A stretch of DNA of 64,000 bases from Klebsormidium nitens (taxonomy: Eukaryota > Plantae > Klebsormidiophyceae), in assembly GCA_000708835.1 (NCBI GenBank), contig DF237159.1, positions 58,679 through 122,678 on the forward strand, written 5' to 3'. A program made the translations under genes and the position numbers. The notes under the pieces are model-generated. The model did no database searches, was not told the DNA's origin, and worked only from the letters and a program-made list of their open reading frames with translations. Of the stretch, positions 1 to 12,998 are shown piece after piece. Position 1 is the stretch's first letter, and every line of letters begins with the position of its first letter.

Positions 1-560
1 CTTGAAGTTTAAGTTTCCTGTCGTTCAACTTCAAATGTTCGATTGATCAGCAGAAGCTGGTGCAGCAGGCCGCAGAAAGTGCTCAAGCACCCGTTCCTGT
101 AGACATCTGTAAAAGATACAGACCCGCCAAGTTAGCAAGCTGGTTAGAGCCTCTACCACCTCTGCCCGTCGAATAGTCAGTGTTGAGATTGGGACCGGAG
201 CTGAACCGAGTAGAAGCCTCGAAACGTTCGACGCGAAAAATTATCCAGTAATACCGTCCCACTCGGTTTGGTGCTGTTGATTCAGTTGAAGGGGCTGAAC
301 AGCTTCTCCTCCTGGCTCCATCACACATGCCATTGCACAGAACGGAAGCCTTGCATGTGAAGGAAAGGCGCCCTGGCAGTGGCGGCTTGTGCAGAGCGGG
401 CATTGGTTGTGCAGAGTGAATTCGGTCTTGATGTGGAGAAGGGATTGAGGTGGCAAGTGGAAGCAGACAGGAGCAGAAGGACGTGAAAGCTCGGTGGTTA
501 CTTTGAGGAGTTTGGCTCTAGTTTGTCGCCTCTCATCTGAGACTTCGCCAATCAGCGAGG

Positions 561-3500
561 ATGGGGGAGTCTTATATAGGGAGCTACATCAGCTTGACTT
601 CCAAGAGCGAGATTCGGTACGAGGGGACACTGTACAGTGTGGATACAGAGAATTCTAACATTGCACTCAGCAACGGTGAGTAGAGACGGTTTCTTTTCCC
701 TTAAAAAACAGGTTGCGAACCGGATGTTGGCGGGCTTGAATTTATTGTAGGCTGCTTACCGCTGTATGTTTAGCTTGCTTGATTGTCTAAATGTTGTAAG
801 TATTGGTCTTCTGATGTCTGTATGACACTGCCCCAGGAAAAAGACCGGTTTACTTGATTGAGCTGTGGCACAGTCAGTCAGCTCATGTTGACGCGTGTGC
901 TTGTGTAGCCCTGATGTCATGCATTTGACCAAGAAACGCCAGCTTGGATGCCCTCTTCTTCTCCTCTTGAAACATAGTAGTACATCCACATTCCAAGAAT
1001 TGGAGAAGCTGTGGATAACGCAGTCTCGGAACATACTGTTTTGTATTGTGTTTTTCGTTGTAGTACGGCGTGTATTTGCAGCCTTCTTTCTTACTCACGT
1101 TAACACTCTATAAGCACGAGGATTAAGCACATCAAGGTTTGCTAGCCGCTGTGAGCCTCAATATTCAACATTCTTATGCATTGGAGTATTATGGAATGTG
1201 AGCATGCACATTTGTCCAAGGGATTGCATATTTCAAGGTTCGGGGTGAGCTCGACCATTCCTGTCTCGCAGCCGCTCAACTTCTTTATAGAAATGTATCG
1301 TCTCTGCAGTTGTTTCATTTGGGACAGAAGGAAGGAAACAGGATGGCCCGCAGATTCCAGCAAGCGACAAGGTTTATGATTACATCATCTTCCGGGGTTC
1401 GGACATCAAGGTATGATCTTGTCGCTCACTCAATGATCCATTTCTGGTCTAGTATTCCGCCTATGCCTCAGTGTATCGCTTCTGCAGCACTCTGTCAACT
1501 AACAAGCGTCCCTTAATACATAGCTACCCATCTGGCAATACTTTGCTTGCTGCTCTTTCGCCGCTATTGTCTTGCGGGCCTCTTTATTCACAACTCGCAT
1601 GTTGTGAATCTTTTTGTGAACCCTAACTATGTAGGTGCATTGAGCTCCTGCGTGGAGGGTTTGCACCGATCGCAAGCCTTCCAGACAAGAGCAGCTGGAC
1701 TCCACTGATTGGCTGCGTGCTTTTTGTTCGTCTGCAGGATTTGCAGGTGAAGCCTGCAGCGGCCCCTCCCCAGCCGCCGCCGTCACAGCTGCCGAGTGAT
1801 CCTGCAATCGTAGTAAGCGCGCAACCCTTGTTCTATCTTTTCCAATCACCTGGAGGCTGTTACTGATTTGCGCAATCGACGCAGTCTTTGTCAAGCTCTT
1901 CTGCACCGGCTGGTTGTGTGTACATTAAATGAGGGTGGGGAACGTGTGGCGCTCACATGGTAAAGGTTGCACGTTGATGCAGCCGCTGCCTGAGCGGTCC
2001 TCTGATTACATCAGCTGTTCGGCGTAGGGTTTGCTTTGAGTGCTTGTATCTACTGTCGCTTCCTTTACAAGCCTCTATTGCAACGTTGATTGCTTGCTCA
2101 TGTCAAGTCGATTGCTCGCTCATGTCAAGTATTTTGAAAGCAAAATTTTCTGCGTCCATTCTTCGTCCCGCTCGCTCTCTTTTTTATCTTTAATGCTTTC
2201 TCTGGCGCTGCAGTTTTGGATGTAATTCGTGTCTTATGTATTTCTCCTTTGAAATTGGCACAAACACGCGTAAGGATTGGTGTCAGGGACCTTTTCCCGA
2301 GGCCTCACGTTCATTCGCAGTCAATCGCCACCTAAAAGCATCAGAACACACAAACTCTGACACTACTCTCCTTACTTAACAGCAACCGAACTACCCCCCT
2401 CGCGACACCGCCCCGGGCGCGCCCCCATACCCCCCTGGCGGTTTCCCTGGCGGGCCGCCGCCAACCCATTATGCGCAGCCCCCGGCCAGTCCCTGGGCCC
2501 CCCCCCCCCCGGGCCCCCAAGCGGCTCCTCAGTACTGGCAGCAACAGCAGCAGCAGCAGTACTACCCGCCTCCCGGTCCGCCGGCAACGCAGCCCGGTGC
2601 GCCGGTCATGGGGACCCCCGTGGTGCAGCAGGGTGCGCCGCCGACCACGCCCCCGATGCCACAGCAAGCAGGTGAGGCTCCCCTATTCTCTTTGCTGTTT
2701 ACCTAGGCTTTTTATAGTTGTTTGTTTGTATTGGACGGATGTGTTCCCCTGCATAGAAAGCCTCTACAACCAACCAACATTTCGATTTCAAGGTTGATTG
2801 CACTTCTGAGCACCCCCCCAACGCAGCAGCAAGCAGTGAAGGATCTACTCTTGCTGTGCGCTGCCCCATCATGAGATTGGGTTCTCTGCAGCTGCCAGTT
2901 GTTAGGAGGAAGCGGCTTCTAGTGTGCTTTTTCTTTTTGAAAGCTTCGAGACTGAAGAACCATTCTTTTGGCTTCAAGGCATTGTTGAACGTGCAAAAGG
3001 AAGTGAAGAGCATTTGTAAGCCTATGGTGGCACAGACAAACGTGCGGGGTCGTTTGTTTCTTCTGTCATTTCTGTGGGCTGTCTTTTTCAAATAAAAGAA
3101 GATCTGGAAGCTGCACTTGGAATGAATCTGGCAGAGTCAGCCTCATTCAATATCTGCTTTTTGGGGATCTCGCGTTTTGGGAACTGGCTCTGAGACCGGG
3201 TCGCTTGATTTTTCTGGACTGCATCCCGTAACTCAGATTTTGGTCTCTACCGATGAGCCGTCATTGCTTTTGAACCAGATCTAAGCAAGCTAGTGGAGGC
3301 GCTGCTGTTGATGCGAGTTATGCAAGGTTCTGTCACGCTTCTTTTTTCCTAAGGGTAAGCACGCTTTGTAGGTCATGATAAGGACGCACTTCATGCAAAC
3401 TTGTACTTATTGCTGCGCTCCTTCAAATTTTCCCTTTTCTCCGCAGTACCCTTTCAATGAATCCCGCTCATCAATCATCATCAGTAGAGCAGGAATAATC

Positions 3501-6500
3501 CTTCGAACGCCCGTATGTTATCCAAAGTTTCTGACACTCCTTTTTTCGTCCAGGTGCAACGGCAGCGGCCCCAGTGACTCCCCTCGCTCCATCCCAAAAG
3601 CTGGCGGCCCCAGCTGCTGCGAACAAGCCCCTCGCGCCGCCAGCTGTCAGCAGCCCGGCAGCGCCAGCTGTCCCGTCTGTAGCGGCGGCGGTGGCGTCAG
3701 CGGCTGTGACCGCAGCAGCCAGCACGGGAGAGGGAGTCAGCATCGTAGTGACGCCATCGGCACCTCCGAGGGGGCAGCCGAAGAAACCGGCTGCAACAGT
3801 GGGAGCAGGTGAAAAGCCCCCGGAGAATGCTTCCTATGCTGTTTGCTTTTGGTTGTCTTGATTGTAGCTGATTCGTTTTGTTGAAGGGAAGGATCTGATT
3901 TGTTCAGAAGAAACCAAAGAAGTCTGCTTCAAGCGGAGACAGGGGTCGCACTGTCATTTCGCCTGGAAAGAACTTGCTTATGCATCTATTGGGCGTAAGC
4001 CTTACATCCTCAAAAGAGAAAGCCTTCAACCCGCCACTCGTAAAGTTGTGCCACTTTTTACCCGCTTTCTACCCTTTCTGACCTAATCCGCTTGATCTAT
4101 TGATTGTGTCCATTGGGTGCAAGGTCCGCACATGGACCAAGAGACCATCTAATTGGGCCGTCGGTCCTATTATCGTGCTTTCGTTCCTCACATCCGCAAA
4201 AGAACCACCGTCAAAATCTCTGTAAGCAGAACATTGGCAGCGTCCTGCTGTTTATGTTCACTTGTGCTGATGCCCCCGTTTTTCCCCAGGTGTTCTCCCC
4301 ACGCCTCCGACAACGATCGGAATCACGCCCACGAAGGAGAAGCCCGTCGTTCCCATTCCGCAGCCCGCGCCCGTTGTTCCGGCCGCCAATCAGAACCAGC
4401 CATTGCTGCCGCTGCCAACTCAGGTACCCTTGAAGCCTCTAGCACCTGTGGGGCAGGTATGATAGCATGGTTCTGTTTGACTTTGTTATGTGGTTTCGCT
4501 TATCCACCTGAGAACAGACCATTTTTCGTCCGGTTCTGGTTGTATTATGGTGTGTTTTGCCTTGCTTCTTTACCTGAGAATGCGATCAATTTGCCCGGAT
4601 TTGGACGAACGTGTGTCGATCAGGCTGGTGGTTTCATGGTGAGACGAAGGCCAGAAAAGTCTCCAGATGTTGTCAAGTATCTGGCCTGCCCAATCGAACT
4701 CCAATTTTGGAGATTGTTTTAAGTCCATTGTTATTGGTATTTTGTTGGACACTTGAAGCGGGATTTCTCCCTGGTGCGGTTACAAGAGGTGGCTACGAAC
4801 GCACGATTTGACTGACAATTAGGGCATGGTTAGCGACTCAGGGGTGCTTCAATGGGTTTCACTTGCCAAGCAGTCTGCAGCAAATCCTTTGCAGAGAAGC
4901 TCCGCTTGTCTGCGTCCCGGAAAAACGAACTTCGGAGTTTATCTTCTGACCAGAAAGGAGAAGCTGCATCATCCGCCTCAAAAGAGGAACCGCTTCGAGG
5001 AAGTTTCAGGCTTGATCGCGCAATCTTTCGCTTCTTATCTATGCGCAATACGTTTGGTAGTGCTGCAAGGAAAGACTTGTTAGTGCTGCAAGAATGTACT
5101 ATGCTAAAAATTTGGCTCTGAGGATCTGCGGGTATATTCTGTGCTCTCATGTCCGTTTCTGCTATATCGTGCAAGGGATAGTTCCTGTTCCAATTGATAA
5201 AGCACTCGCCGTTTTCGCTTGATTTGCTGCATACGGACTGCAACGCTGTCCCTCCTGCTTTGGAAAGCATTGGATCTAAAAGGAGCCCAGGCTTAAGAAG
5301 CCAGCTTTTGATGTCGTTGATTGTGTGGACTTCTCCTTTCAAAAGAAATAGAGATTGGATATATGTACCACGAACCGATTTCAAGCGAAAGTCGACTGGC
5401 TGAGTTCAGGCGTAACCAACCGAGTCGGGACCATTGATAAAACCTACTTGCTCCTCTTCACTACAGTGGCTTGAAACCGACCAAGTCATGTTAGCTCGGC
5501 TGCTTTTGCAGCGGCTGGTTCAAAAACAGACGAAAAAGGAAAGAGGAAAACAAAAGAGAAATAGAACGTAAAAGACACTCGGATCCTATATGTGCAGTAC
5601 GGCGGAAGGGGCTGGGGCGGTCGAGGGGGCGCTCGTGGGTACGGCCCCAACCTTGCTGCTCAGAATGGGAACGCCTTCAGGGGAGGCAGAATGGGACCCG
5701 GAAGAGGCCGCGGCGGCAGGGGCACGCAGGTAAGCTTTCTTCTGCGAGCTTCATTCCTGCGAGCTTGATTCCTGAAGTAAGGGCAATAAGCGTCGGGCTT
5801 GCCTGATTCTGCAGAATAATCAAGAAGGCAAGGCAGGGTTGCAACGGTTCTTTGGGGTCTGCAACGGTTCTTTGGGGTCCGATGTTCGAGACTGCAAGCT
5901 TGTCAATCGATGTGCGCAGCCGATTTTACGCCTTGCAATGCAATAGAGCTCAATGCAATCTAGTCCTCAGTTTGCAGGATCAAGATTACCTCTTAAGTGC
6001 AAGCTGGGCCGTTGAAAGTTTTGTAATATTTAATTGCAGGAGCGCTTCACGGAGGACTTCGACTTCAACGCGATGAACGAGAAGTTCAAGAAGGACGACA
6101 TCTGGGGTGAGCTGGGCCACACGACCGACGACGCCGCACCCAAAGATGACGGAGAGCCCAAGCCCCCCGCTGCCGACGAGGCCGAAAAGGAAGCCGTCGA
6201 AACCGAGAATTCCGCAACGGTCGAGGGGACGGAGAATGAACCCCCGGTTGCGGACGACAAGAAGGCCACGCCCGTGTACGACAAGGACGACTTCTTCGAC
6301 AGCATCTCGTGCGAGGCGCTCGAGCGCTCGGCGGGCGACCGGCAGCGGTCCAAGTTCTCGGAGCAGAGGCGCGTCGACGTGGAGGTGGGGAGACGGGGCT
6401 TTTCCGACTTTTCTTGCCGTATTCCGTTGGTCACCGCTATCGCAACCCGGTTCGTATTTCTTTTTGAGTAGTGTGAGTGGAACTTTTTGTTGAGAGGCGG

Positions 6501-7083
6501 GCAACTCTGCCTCAAAACTACAAAGCGCATCAATGTTGAGGTGATGGGATGGCACTTGTCAATATCTATATTTCATGACGCTGTCCTTTATCGCAGATGT
6601 GACGTGGCAGTGTCTTTGTAAGCGTCGCGTCTTTTGATTGTTTCTTTTGAAGTGTTCGCTCTTGGTAACCCCTCACTGGTTGCTTATGATCTTGTTGGAT
6701 CTTGTGGCATGACAGGATACTACTGCATTTGACTGGAAACGAAAGTTCTGAACACCCAAAAGGTGTCGGACTACTGGACAACGTCGCTCCCTCTTGATTC
6801 TGCTTCGGCATCTTCACAAGTATATTGGTTTGTCAATTCTCTTGGATACTTTTTCTCATCGGCACCCCCTTCTGTGCTGCAGACCTTCGGAAATGTGGCA
6901 ATGCGGAGCAACCGAGGGGGCAGGGGCTATGGTGGCCGTCGGGGAGGCTACCGAGGTGGTTACAACGGCGGTTATGGTGGTGGCGGTTATTCTCGGGGCG
7001 GTTATGGAGGCGGTTACGGCAACCAGGGCAGGGGTGCCGGCAGGGGAGGGTTTGCACCTTCCAGGGCTGCAGCTGCCACGTAG
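561..7083 (+). CDS. DCP5: Decapping 5 / LSM14-family P-body protein. Exons 561-675, 1310-1410, 1738-1812, 2383-2671, 3554-3808, 4290-4423, 5598-5729, 6040-6384, 6883-7083; 548 aa
   Basis: N-terminal LSM14 domain ([43 protein letters not shown]...[17 protein letters not shown]), Pro/Gln-rich linker, FDF motif ([16 protein letters not shown]), FFD box ([13 protein letters not shown]), TFG box (EQRRVDVE|TFG) and RGG tail. All 8 introns are GT-AG and in phase. Confidence 0.95.
5840..5879. repeat. Perfect 20-bp tandem duplication (TGCAACGGTTCTTTGGGGTC x2) in DCP5 intron 7
   Basis: Read directly from the sequence. Confidence 0.9.
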
Positions 7084-8924
7084 CCATCATCAAGCAGGAG
7101 ATTTGAGGGACTGGAAAGGGCTAGCCTGGGACGTTCAAGGGAGGGGTTTCCCGTATGCTTTTGGGCCCAGCTGCCCATTGGAAGCTAGCATGAAGTAGCT
7201 GGTATCCGAAGAAGCAAAGAGACGGATACTTGCAGAAGAGCGGCAGCACAGCTTATGTTGCGGGCTGCTTGCAATTCAGTGGTCGTGTCCCTCCAAGTTT
7301 GCTAAGGCAACACAACGGTCACAACATGTCTAAGAAAGCGTCTTGGTTGAAAAGAGATGGAACGTGGCTGTGTATGAATAACTTTGTCGACGACTCCATC
7401 TTCAGAGTCCTTCGTGTCCAATACATTCGCGTTCACGGAATGTATTTTCGTGATGTGGCTTGGCGACTGCATTCAACGGTCATAAGTGACGCTGGTGAGC
7501 ATGGGCCGGCTCAGAGAAACATGGTTGAGAGAAGAGCTTGGACGAATGTGCACATTCTCATCAAGTGCAATCTGACCTGAACCATTGGTCGGTGGATGCA
7601 TCATGTTAGGCCGGGCGGCAAATGCTTGTCTGACATGCGCGGGGTGCGCCAGACTGGCCGTGCCAGTGCTGACTTATAGCCCACATGATTATCAAAAATC
7701 AATTATACTGCACATACGGTGAGGTACCTGGTCATATATGAGGGCGTCCATATGCAGTCAAGATTATAACCGCGTTGCGGTACGACGGCTCGCACAGGCA
7801 TGGATTAGATAGGAATTCCGCGTCCGACATTCAACGTAGATCAGCTAGATATAGGCCCGCCGCACGCCCATGTGCATGATTTTGACCTGCCCGCAAGCCG
7901 GCCATATGGTGCATCATGCTAGGGCATGCACGATGAGATCCAGCTAATCCGACTTTGGACCGCTGTCATGGGTGCAATCACGTGTGCAAAACTCGTGAGA
8001 CATGTGAACAATTCATGTTATCAAATTGCATGGTGCACACACAATATATGCCATGATGGCAAGTTTGTGCCGGATATGTGCTTTGCCACAGCTATGAGTG
8101 TGGAGCGGAAAATGTATGCCTTGTTGGACGCCTTTGCCGAGCGGCGGCCTACGATGCTGAGCATGTCACCAGTGGATGGTTACATGCAGTCTCCATCCAG
8201 TGAGATGGAAAATGGGGACTGGAGACCGTCTGCAGAATCGAGATGGTCCAGACTCGGACCATCTGATTCCGGCTTTGCGCGAAACTTTCGCTAATCAAGG
8301 CATGCGTCCCCCATGCGTACCGTAATAACACAAGAAGCCATTGGACCATACCATCAAATGGATGGGGATTGGCCACCATCAGCTCGCTCGCTGGCTAAAG
8401 ATGCATGCCGGCAGGATCCAGTTTCGCTGGGCTGTCATGCAAAGCAGACCTAGACCACATGGGATCCTCAATGAGATCGAGATTAGGTTTGATGTGCCAT
8501 AGAAATGGAACATCAGAGTAATCTGCAACTTGTGTAGTGACAGACAACAGTATTGGAAAGAAAGAACAAGCACGCAGTCGCTTGCGGGTTGCAGGCTGAT
8601 AAGTGAACATGATCGAATGATAGGCCCATCAGAAGCTTTTCGAGATGCGATTCGACCGCCTCCTTAACATTAATGCACAGGTGCCGCCTTCGAGATTCTT
8701 GCACATGACTGGAAAGCAGCAAATCAAAAGCGTGGAGTCCGACAGGAAACGTCATCCTGACGTCTCCGTGTCTCCATTAGACGACAATCAGAAAACTTTA
8801 CCGGCCACAATATTTACAAAAGTGATGATCCATTGACAAACGTCTATCTTTCCTTGTAAACGGCTTTTCAATGCTGAAAGAAAGATTCTGGATGACCTAA
8901 ACGGCTCCTCATTAAAGCTAGGCA

Positions 8925-9773
8925 TCACATCTTCTTCATCCAAGGAGCTTGCTTTAAGACTGCCTCCTTCATTTTCTGGGCCTTGATCTTGTTCGAGTCG
9001 AACTTCTTGAGGTCTTTGCTTATCGCCTTTTCCAGCCGGTTCAGCAAGTTCCTCAGGAAGTCCCGGATCCTCTCTCTCTCCTTCGGATCAAGATCCAAGC
9101 GCTCGCCGGACGCTGTGAGCTTCGAAACAAAGACCTGAAAGACGGGACCTGCGAGATCTGCTCCGCAAAGACCGTCACGCGACACAGCCTTCGATGTCTT
9201 ACCCGCCAGGAACTTTTGGAGAAAGAGCTCAATCTCAGCCATCCTGCGACTCTCTCGCGGGTGGCAGGCGATAGAGCGCCACACCCACTCACAGAACTGC
9301 TCTGTGAAGCTTTCCTCGTTTCCATCCAAGCAGGACTGCAGCAGTGCGTCAGCGAAGAGGGGGTAGAGCGCTTTGCGCTTCGCTTGGCGCTCCTTCCGGG
9401 CCTCTGCATTCTCTGCATAGCCCTTCGCAGCTTCGTCGAAATGGAGGTCCAAATTACGGATCTGTTCATCGACCCAGGCAATCACCACGGCTGGAGCCTT
9501 CCGCGCTTTCAAAGATTCGTCCTCAGCTAAGAATGACCTCACAGCAAACGGCTGCGCCTCGGTTACCTTCGCCTCTCGAAAGTTCCATGGCTGCTGCTTC
9601 GCTCCAAACGTTACCAATCTTGGCGTTTGTTCAGATGAGGGAGCTGATGGATCTGCAGATTGGTCAGAGGACCAGAGCGTTCGAGCTGCAACCTTTTCCC
9701 GCGCGCCATGAGCTTCTGCGAGCACAGGAGCGAACGCTGCGACGACCAACGGGAGCCATGCGATGCTCTCCAT
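8925..9773 (-). CDS. Family-A paralogue A1; intronless hypothetical protein, ~282 aa (ORF is open to 9842)
   Basis: Aligns by eye with A2/A3: YPLFADALLQSC, FCEWVW, IELFLQKFLAG, GLCGADL, terminal APW. The start MESIAWLPLVVAAFAPVLAEAHG resembles a signal peptide. No family recognised. Confidence 0.8.
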   Translation of the reverse strand: MESIAWLPLVVAAFAPVLAEAHGAREKVAARTLWSSDQSADPSAPSSEQTPRLVTFGAKQQPWNFREAKVTEAQPFAVRSFLAEDESLKARKAPAVVIAWVDEQIRNLDLHFDEAAKGYAENAEARKERQAKRKALYPLFADALLQSCLDGNEESFTEQFCEWVWRSIACHPRESRRMAEIELFLQKFLAGKTSKAVSRDGLCGADLAGPVFQVFVSKLTASGERLDLDPKERERIRDFLRNLLNRLEKAISKDLKKFDSNKIKAQKMKEAVLKQAPWMKKM

Positions 9774-10416
9774 GATGCCTGTTTCTTCTCCAGAAATGAT
9801 AATCCAAAGCAGACGTTTCAGTTTCTGGTACAAAGATGTCACTTGCCAAACCCTCTGCCAAAACTTTGGTATCGCAACCGGGGGTAACGTACCCCGGCCA
9901 GTCCGGAGTAACGCGACAACGCGGCCGCGCGTCCCTTTTTCGGGGCCTGGGCTTCAAGACAGTAGCGCGAGCGGGGCGCACCGCTCAGCACCGCTTTTGC
10001 GAGCCATCGTTCTGATTTGTTGGCAGCGGGCTACCGGAGTGCAGCCGCGAAGCTATGAAGCAGCAAAGCTGTGCAATTTACGTGGTTTACTTGTTGTCAG
10101 AAAAGGATAACGTCAATATGCAAGTTGGGGCCTGTTTGTAAACGAGAACGCACGCTTTGATTGTGCATAAAGCTAAAATTGTAGTCAATTGAACGCAAGG
10201 CTTTCCAACGCATTGGCACATACCATGCATCGAGGAAGATATGTCACGCGCGGTATCCTCGTGTATCCTCGAGACTGCAAGAGCAGGCGTGAGTCAAAAG
10301 AAAAGGGCCGAAACCCTTACAACTGCGGCTATACGTTATTCGCAGAGCTGCCATATTGGGCGGGTTTGTGACTTAGTATGCAAGGATGACGTCAATGCTT
10401 CATTACATCGTCTCAG

Positions 10417-10770
10417 CTAGCTGATGGGAGCTTGACATATTCGTTTTGACATACAAGAGCCAACTGTTGCACCGCTTTTAATGCATTGCCACGTTGTCAG
10501 TAACCCCTTGTTATCGCCACAGTTACGATTACGAGAAGTAACATATCCATGGAGCAGCAAACTGAACCACTGCTCCTGTAAGGAGAGACCCATAATATGC
10601 ACGGCAGACCTCTTTCTCTCGAGCCTTTCTAACGTGATGAGAATGCTCAGCTGGAGATCACCGTATTCAGTACCTGTTATACATTGAAGAAAACAAAACA
10701 TGGAAGCTGCAGACAAGCAGAGATTTAGAGCATACGTCCGTAACAATTGCCTCTTCAATACCGCCACTGT
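10417..10770 (-). pseudogene. Family-B relic B2
   Basis: LLRTYALNLCLS...CFLQC...EQWF resembles VLRTFKCELALS...CFLKC...QGWF of B3. It lies immediately downstream of A2. Similarity is weak and judged by eye. Confidence 0.4.
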
Positions 10771-10875
10771 GCCTCTTACCTTTTCTAAGCTTATTCATTC
10801 CACTGCGTCTTGTTTCATAGCGTAGCTTCTTGTGGGAGGAGCGTGCAAATTCTATTTTCATCCATACAGACGTGT

Positions 10876-11751
10876 TTATTCGGAGTCTTTTTGATTGGAC
10901 TTCCAAGGGGCTCGACTTAGAATCTCCTCCTGGACCTTCCTGACCTCTGCTGCCTCGGCTTCTTTCTTGCGACCATTTAGGATCGACGTAAACATGTTGT
11001 ACAGAAGGTTTTCTAGGAGGGTTTCCAGCCGCCTAAGTTGCTCTTTATTGAGACACTTGTGGTGTTCCTCGGTAGCAGTCTTTGCAACAAACTTGTTGAG
11101 GAGCGGAACCAGGATCTGTGAACCAGACAAGCCATCAAAGTTCACCGTTGTTGCCAAGTCAGACTCTTCCCCTCCTAGAAACTCCTCCAGAAACAACTCA
11201 ACCGCAGCTCTTCTTAGCAAGGGTCGCTCCTGGTCACTCATAACACACCATGCCCAGTCGCAAAGCTTCTCAACGAACTCGTCCCGGTCGCTTTGGTCCG
11301 CCCAGGACTGAAGCACTGCCTCCGCATAGGCTGGATACGTTACTTTGCGCCTCGCCAGCCGGCCCTTCTCCGCCCCTTCTTCCCAGAATCCCTTTACGAA
11401 ACTGCTTTCTAGCTGAAAGAGCTCTTCTTCGAGCCAAAGAAGAACCTTTGAGGGGTGCTTTCCTGGGTCAGGGAAGTGAACAAGCTTGTCAAGGTTCACT
11501 GAAGCTCGGAGTATTGTCCTTTGCCATTTTGTCAGAGGACCGTTAATGTTCCGTGCTCTCAACGGCAGCTCATTCGCTCCCAAGCTGTTCGCATCCGTTG
11601 CGCGTCTCACTGGAATGGTAGCAAAAGCAGAAAGCGGGTGGTAGCTTTGCGTTGGACACTTCTTTAAACAAAGGCCAAATGCACAGGGAGTCAAGCCGGA
11701 CAATCTCAGAGTTGTAGCACATATTCCTGGATCAAGGGAGAGCCGCGTCAT
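10876..11751 (-). CDS. Family-A paralogue A2; intronless hypothetical protein, 291 aa
   Basis: Strong similarity to A3 (YPAYAEAVLxSW, CDWAW, AAVELFLxEFLGG, GLSGSQIxVPLLNxFV, EEHHKCL, EEILSRAPWK). The N-terminus is acid-poor and resembles a transit peptide. Confidence 0.85.
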   Translation of the reverse strand: MTRLSLDPGICATTLRLSGLTPCAFGLCLKKCPTQSYHPLSAFATIPVRRATDANSLGANELPLRARNINGPLTKWQRTILRASVNLDKLVHFPDPGKHPSKVLLWLEEELFQLESSFVKGFWEEGAEKGRLARRKVTYPAYAEAVLQSWADQSDRDEFVEKLCDWAWCVMSDQERPLLRRAAVELFLEEFLGGEESDLATTVNFDGLSGSQILVPLLNKFVAKTATEEHHKCLNKEQLRRLETLLENLLYNMFTSILNGRKKEAEAAEVRKVQEEILSRAPWKSNQKDSE

Positions 11752-11918
11752 CTTGCTCAGCGCTCGCTAATAAAAAATAGTGCGTAATACAGTAGCCTTG
11801 ATATGTTTGTTCGCAATCCACATTGTAGCGCTACCGGCAACGTGCGCGCTGGTGCTATTTTTAGTGCCGCGCTGAGCCGCGAGCCGAGAGTCGCGGCGGC
11901 CCCACCGAGACGCCGAGG

Positions 11919-11938
11919 TTTTGAGGAGGTTTATTGCA
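11919..11938. promoter_or_regulatory. Upstream motif TTTTGAGGAGGTTTATTGCA, shared with the A3 upstream region (14710-14729)
   Basis: 19/20 identity between the two copies, each in a GC-rich stretch ~140-190 bp upstream of the paralogue ATG. Regulatory role is inferred. Confidence 0.45.
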
Positions 11939-12341
11939 TGCGGCCTGGCGCGGCCGGCCGCTGTGTGACGCCGCTACCGCGCGTGCCAAAATTCTCAAAC
12001 CCTGCCAGGCGCGGCGGCTTGAGTGGCCGGGGGCCCCGGGCGGCGGCCAGCGCGCGCAGACACCGTTGGGCTTGATCAGCCGCCGCGGCGCCCAGGCGTA
12101 GGCGCCAAACACACGTGCTCATTCCATCAGGTCAAAACATATCCCCTCCCTAGGTAGGCGTGACTTCGTGGGAGCATACTATGAAACTTTTAAAACTTCT
12201 AGAGGCGGATTAGCGAGGCTGCTGCCAATATTCTGAGCTGGCGACATGGCGGCATCAGAGAATTTCATGTTTTCTGACGTGTTCATGACCCCAGGAAAGT
12301 CTGACGATTCCTGACGGAGTCACTGCCCCTGGCTCGTAGCG

Positions 12342-12998
12342 CTACAAAGACTGTCGTGCTGCGGAATACCCTTCTTCGTCATAGCGGGTGCGAAATGTCA
12401 TGCCATCTCTGGCGTTCACCATTTCACGGCGCACTTTAGAGCCTTTAAGAATGATCAAAGCAAGCCCAGTCCGTTGTAGAGGGTATTCAAGATTGATCAA
12501 GAACTTTCAAGGTTTGAACTTCAGGTCGACGAGGGACATCGTCATTGCCAGCCTGAGATACGTCAGTGGCGAGTCTGACAAGCAACCCGATCCATGGTCA
12601 CATGATGGTGCACGTTGATTGAAGCCGTGACGCAGCTTCCTATGCAGAATCTAGATAGCGCTGTTCTTCGACACAATGATCCTGCCAGATACGTGCTCGT
12701 CAAGAAGTGCCTTGACGAGCACGTCATGACTTCTGGTCACTTCAGCTTCGTATGCATTTTTAAAGGTAGAGTGCTTCCTGTAAAAGTCGAACCATCCTTG
12801 AAACATGGCGCGCATGTAGGCACTCAGGATCAACGCGAGATTGGGCGCCTGCCTACATGTAATAAGTCGACATTTGAGGAAACAATTATACGCAGACTTG
12901 CAAAGAAGGTTGAGAAACGTACTACTGAGAGCCAATTCACACTTAAATGTCCTCAAAACGACTTTTCCGCCTGTGGGGAAGGCCGTGTCAAGGACCCA
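12342..12998 (-). pseudogene. Family-B relic B3; 219-codon frame with 2 internal stops
   Basis: One reading frame continues across the stops (WVLDTAFPTGGKVVLRTFKC...MFQGWFDFYRKH...SAI*ILHRKLRHGF...GCLSDSPL...MSLVDLKFKP*KFL...). It resembles the relic at 15.9-16.7 kb. Confidence 0.55.

Noticed and set aside
1-456. ORFs 83-403 and 241-456; a VLKHPFL kinase-like ending near 80-100
   Set aside because: No supporting kinase motifs or splice structure; likely DCP5 upstream DNA.
8241-8264. 9-bp-stem hairpin AGATGGTCC-N6-GGACCATCT (also an 8-bp stem at 37188-37209)
   Set aside because: Isolated stems of this size are expected by chance in 64 kb; no U-tract or Helitron-type end.
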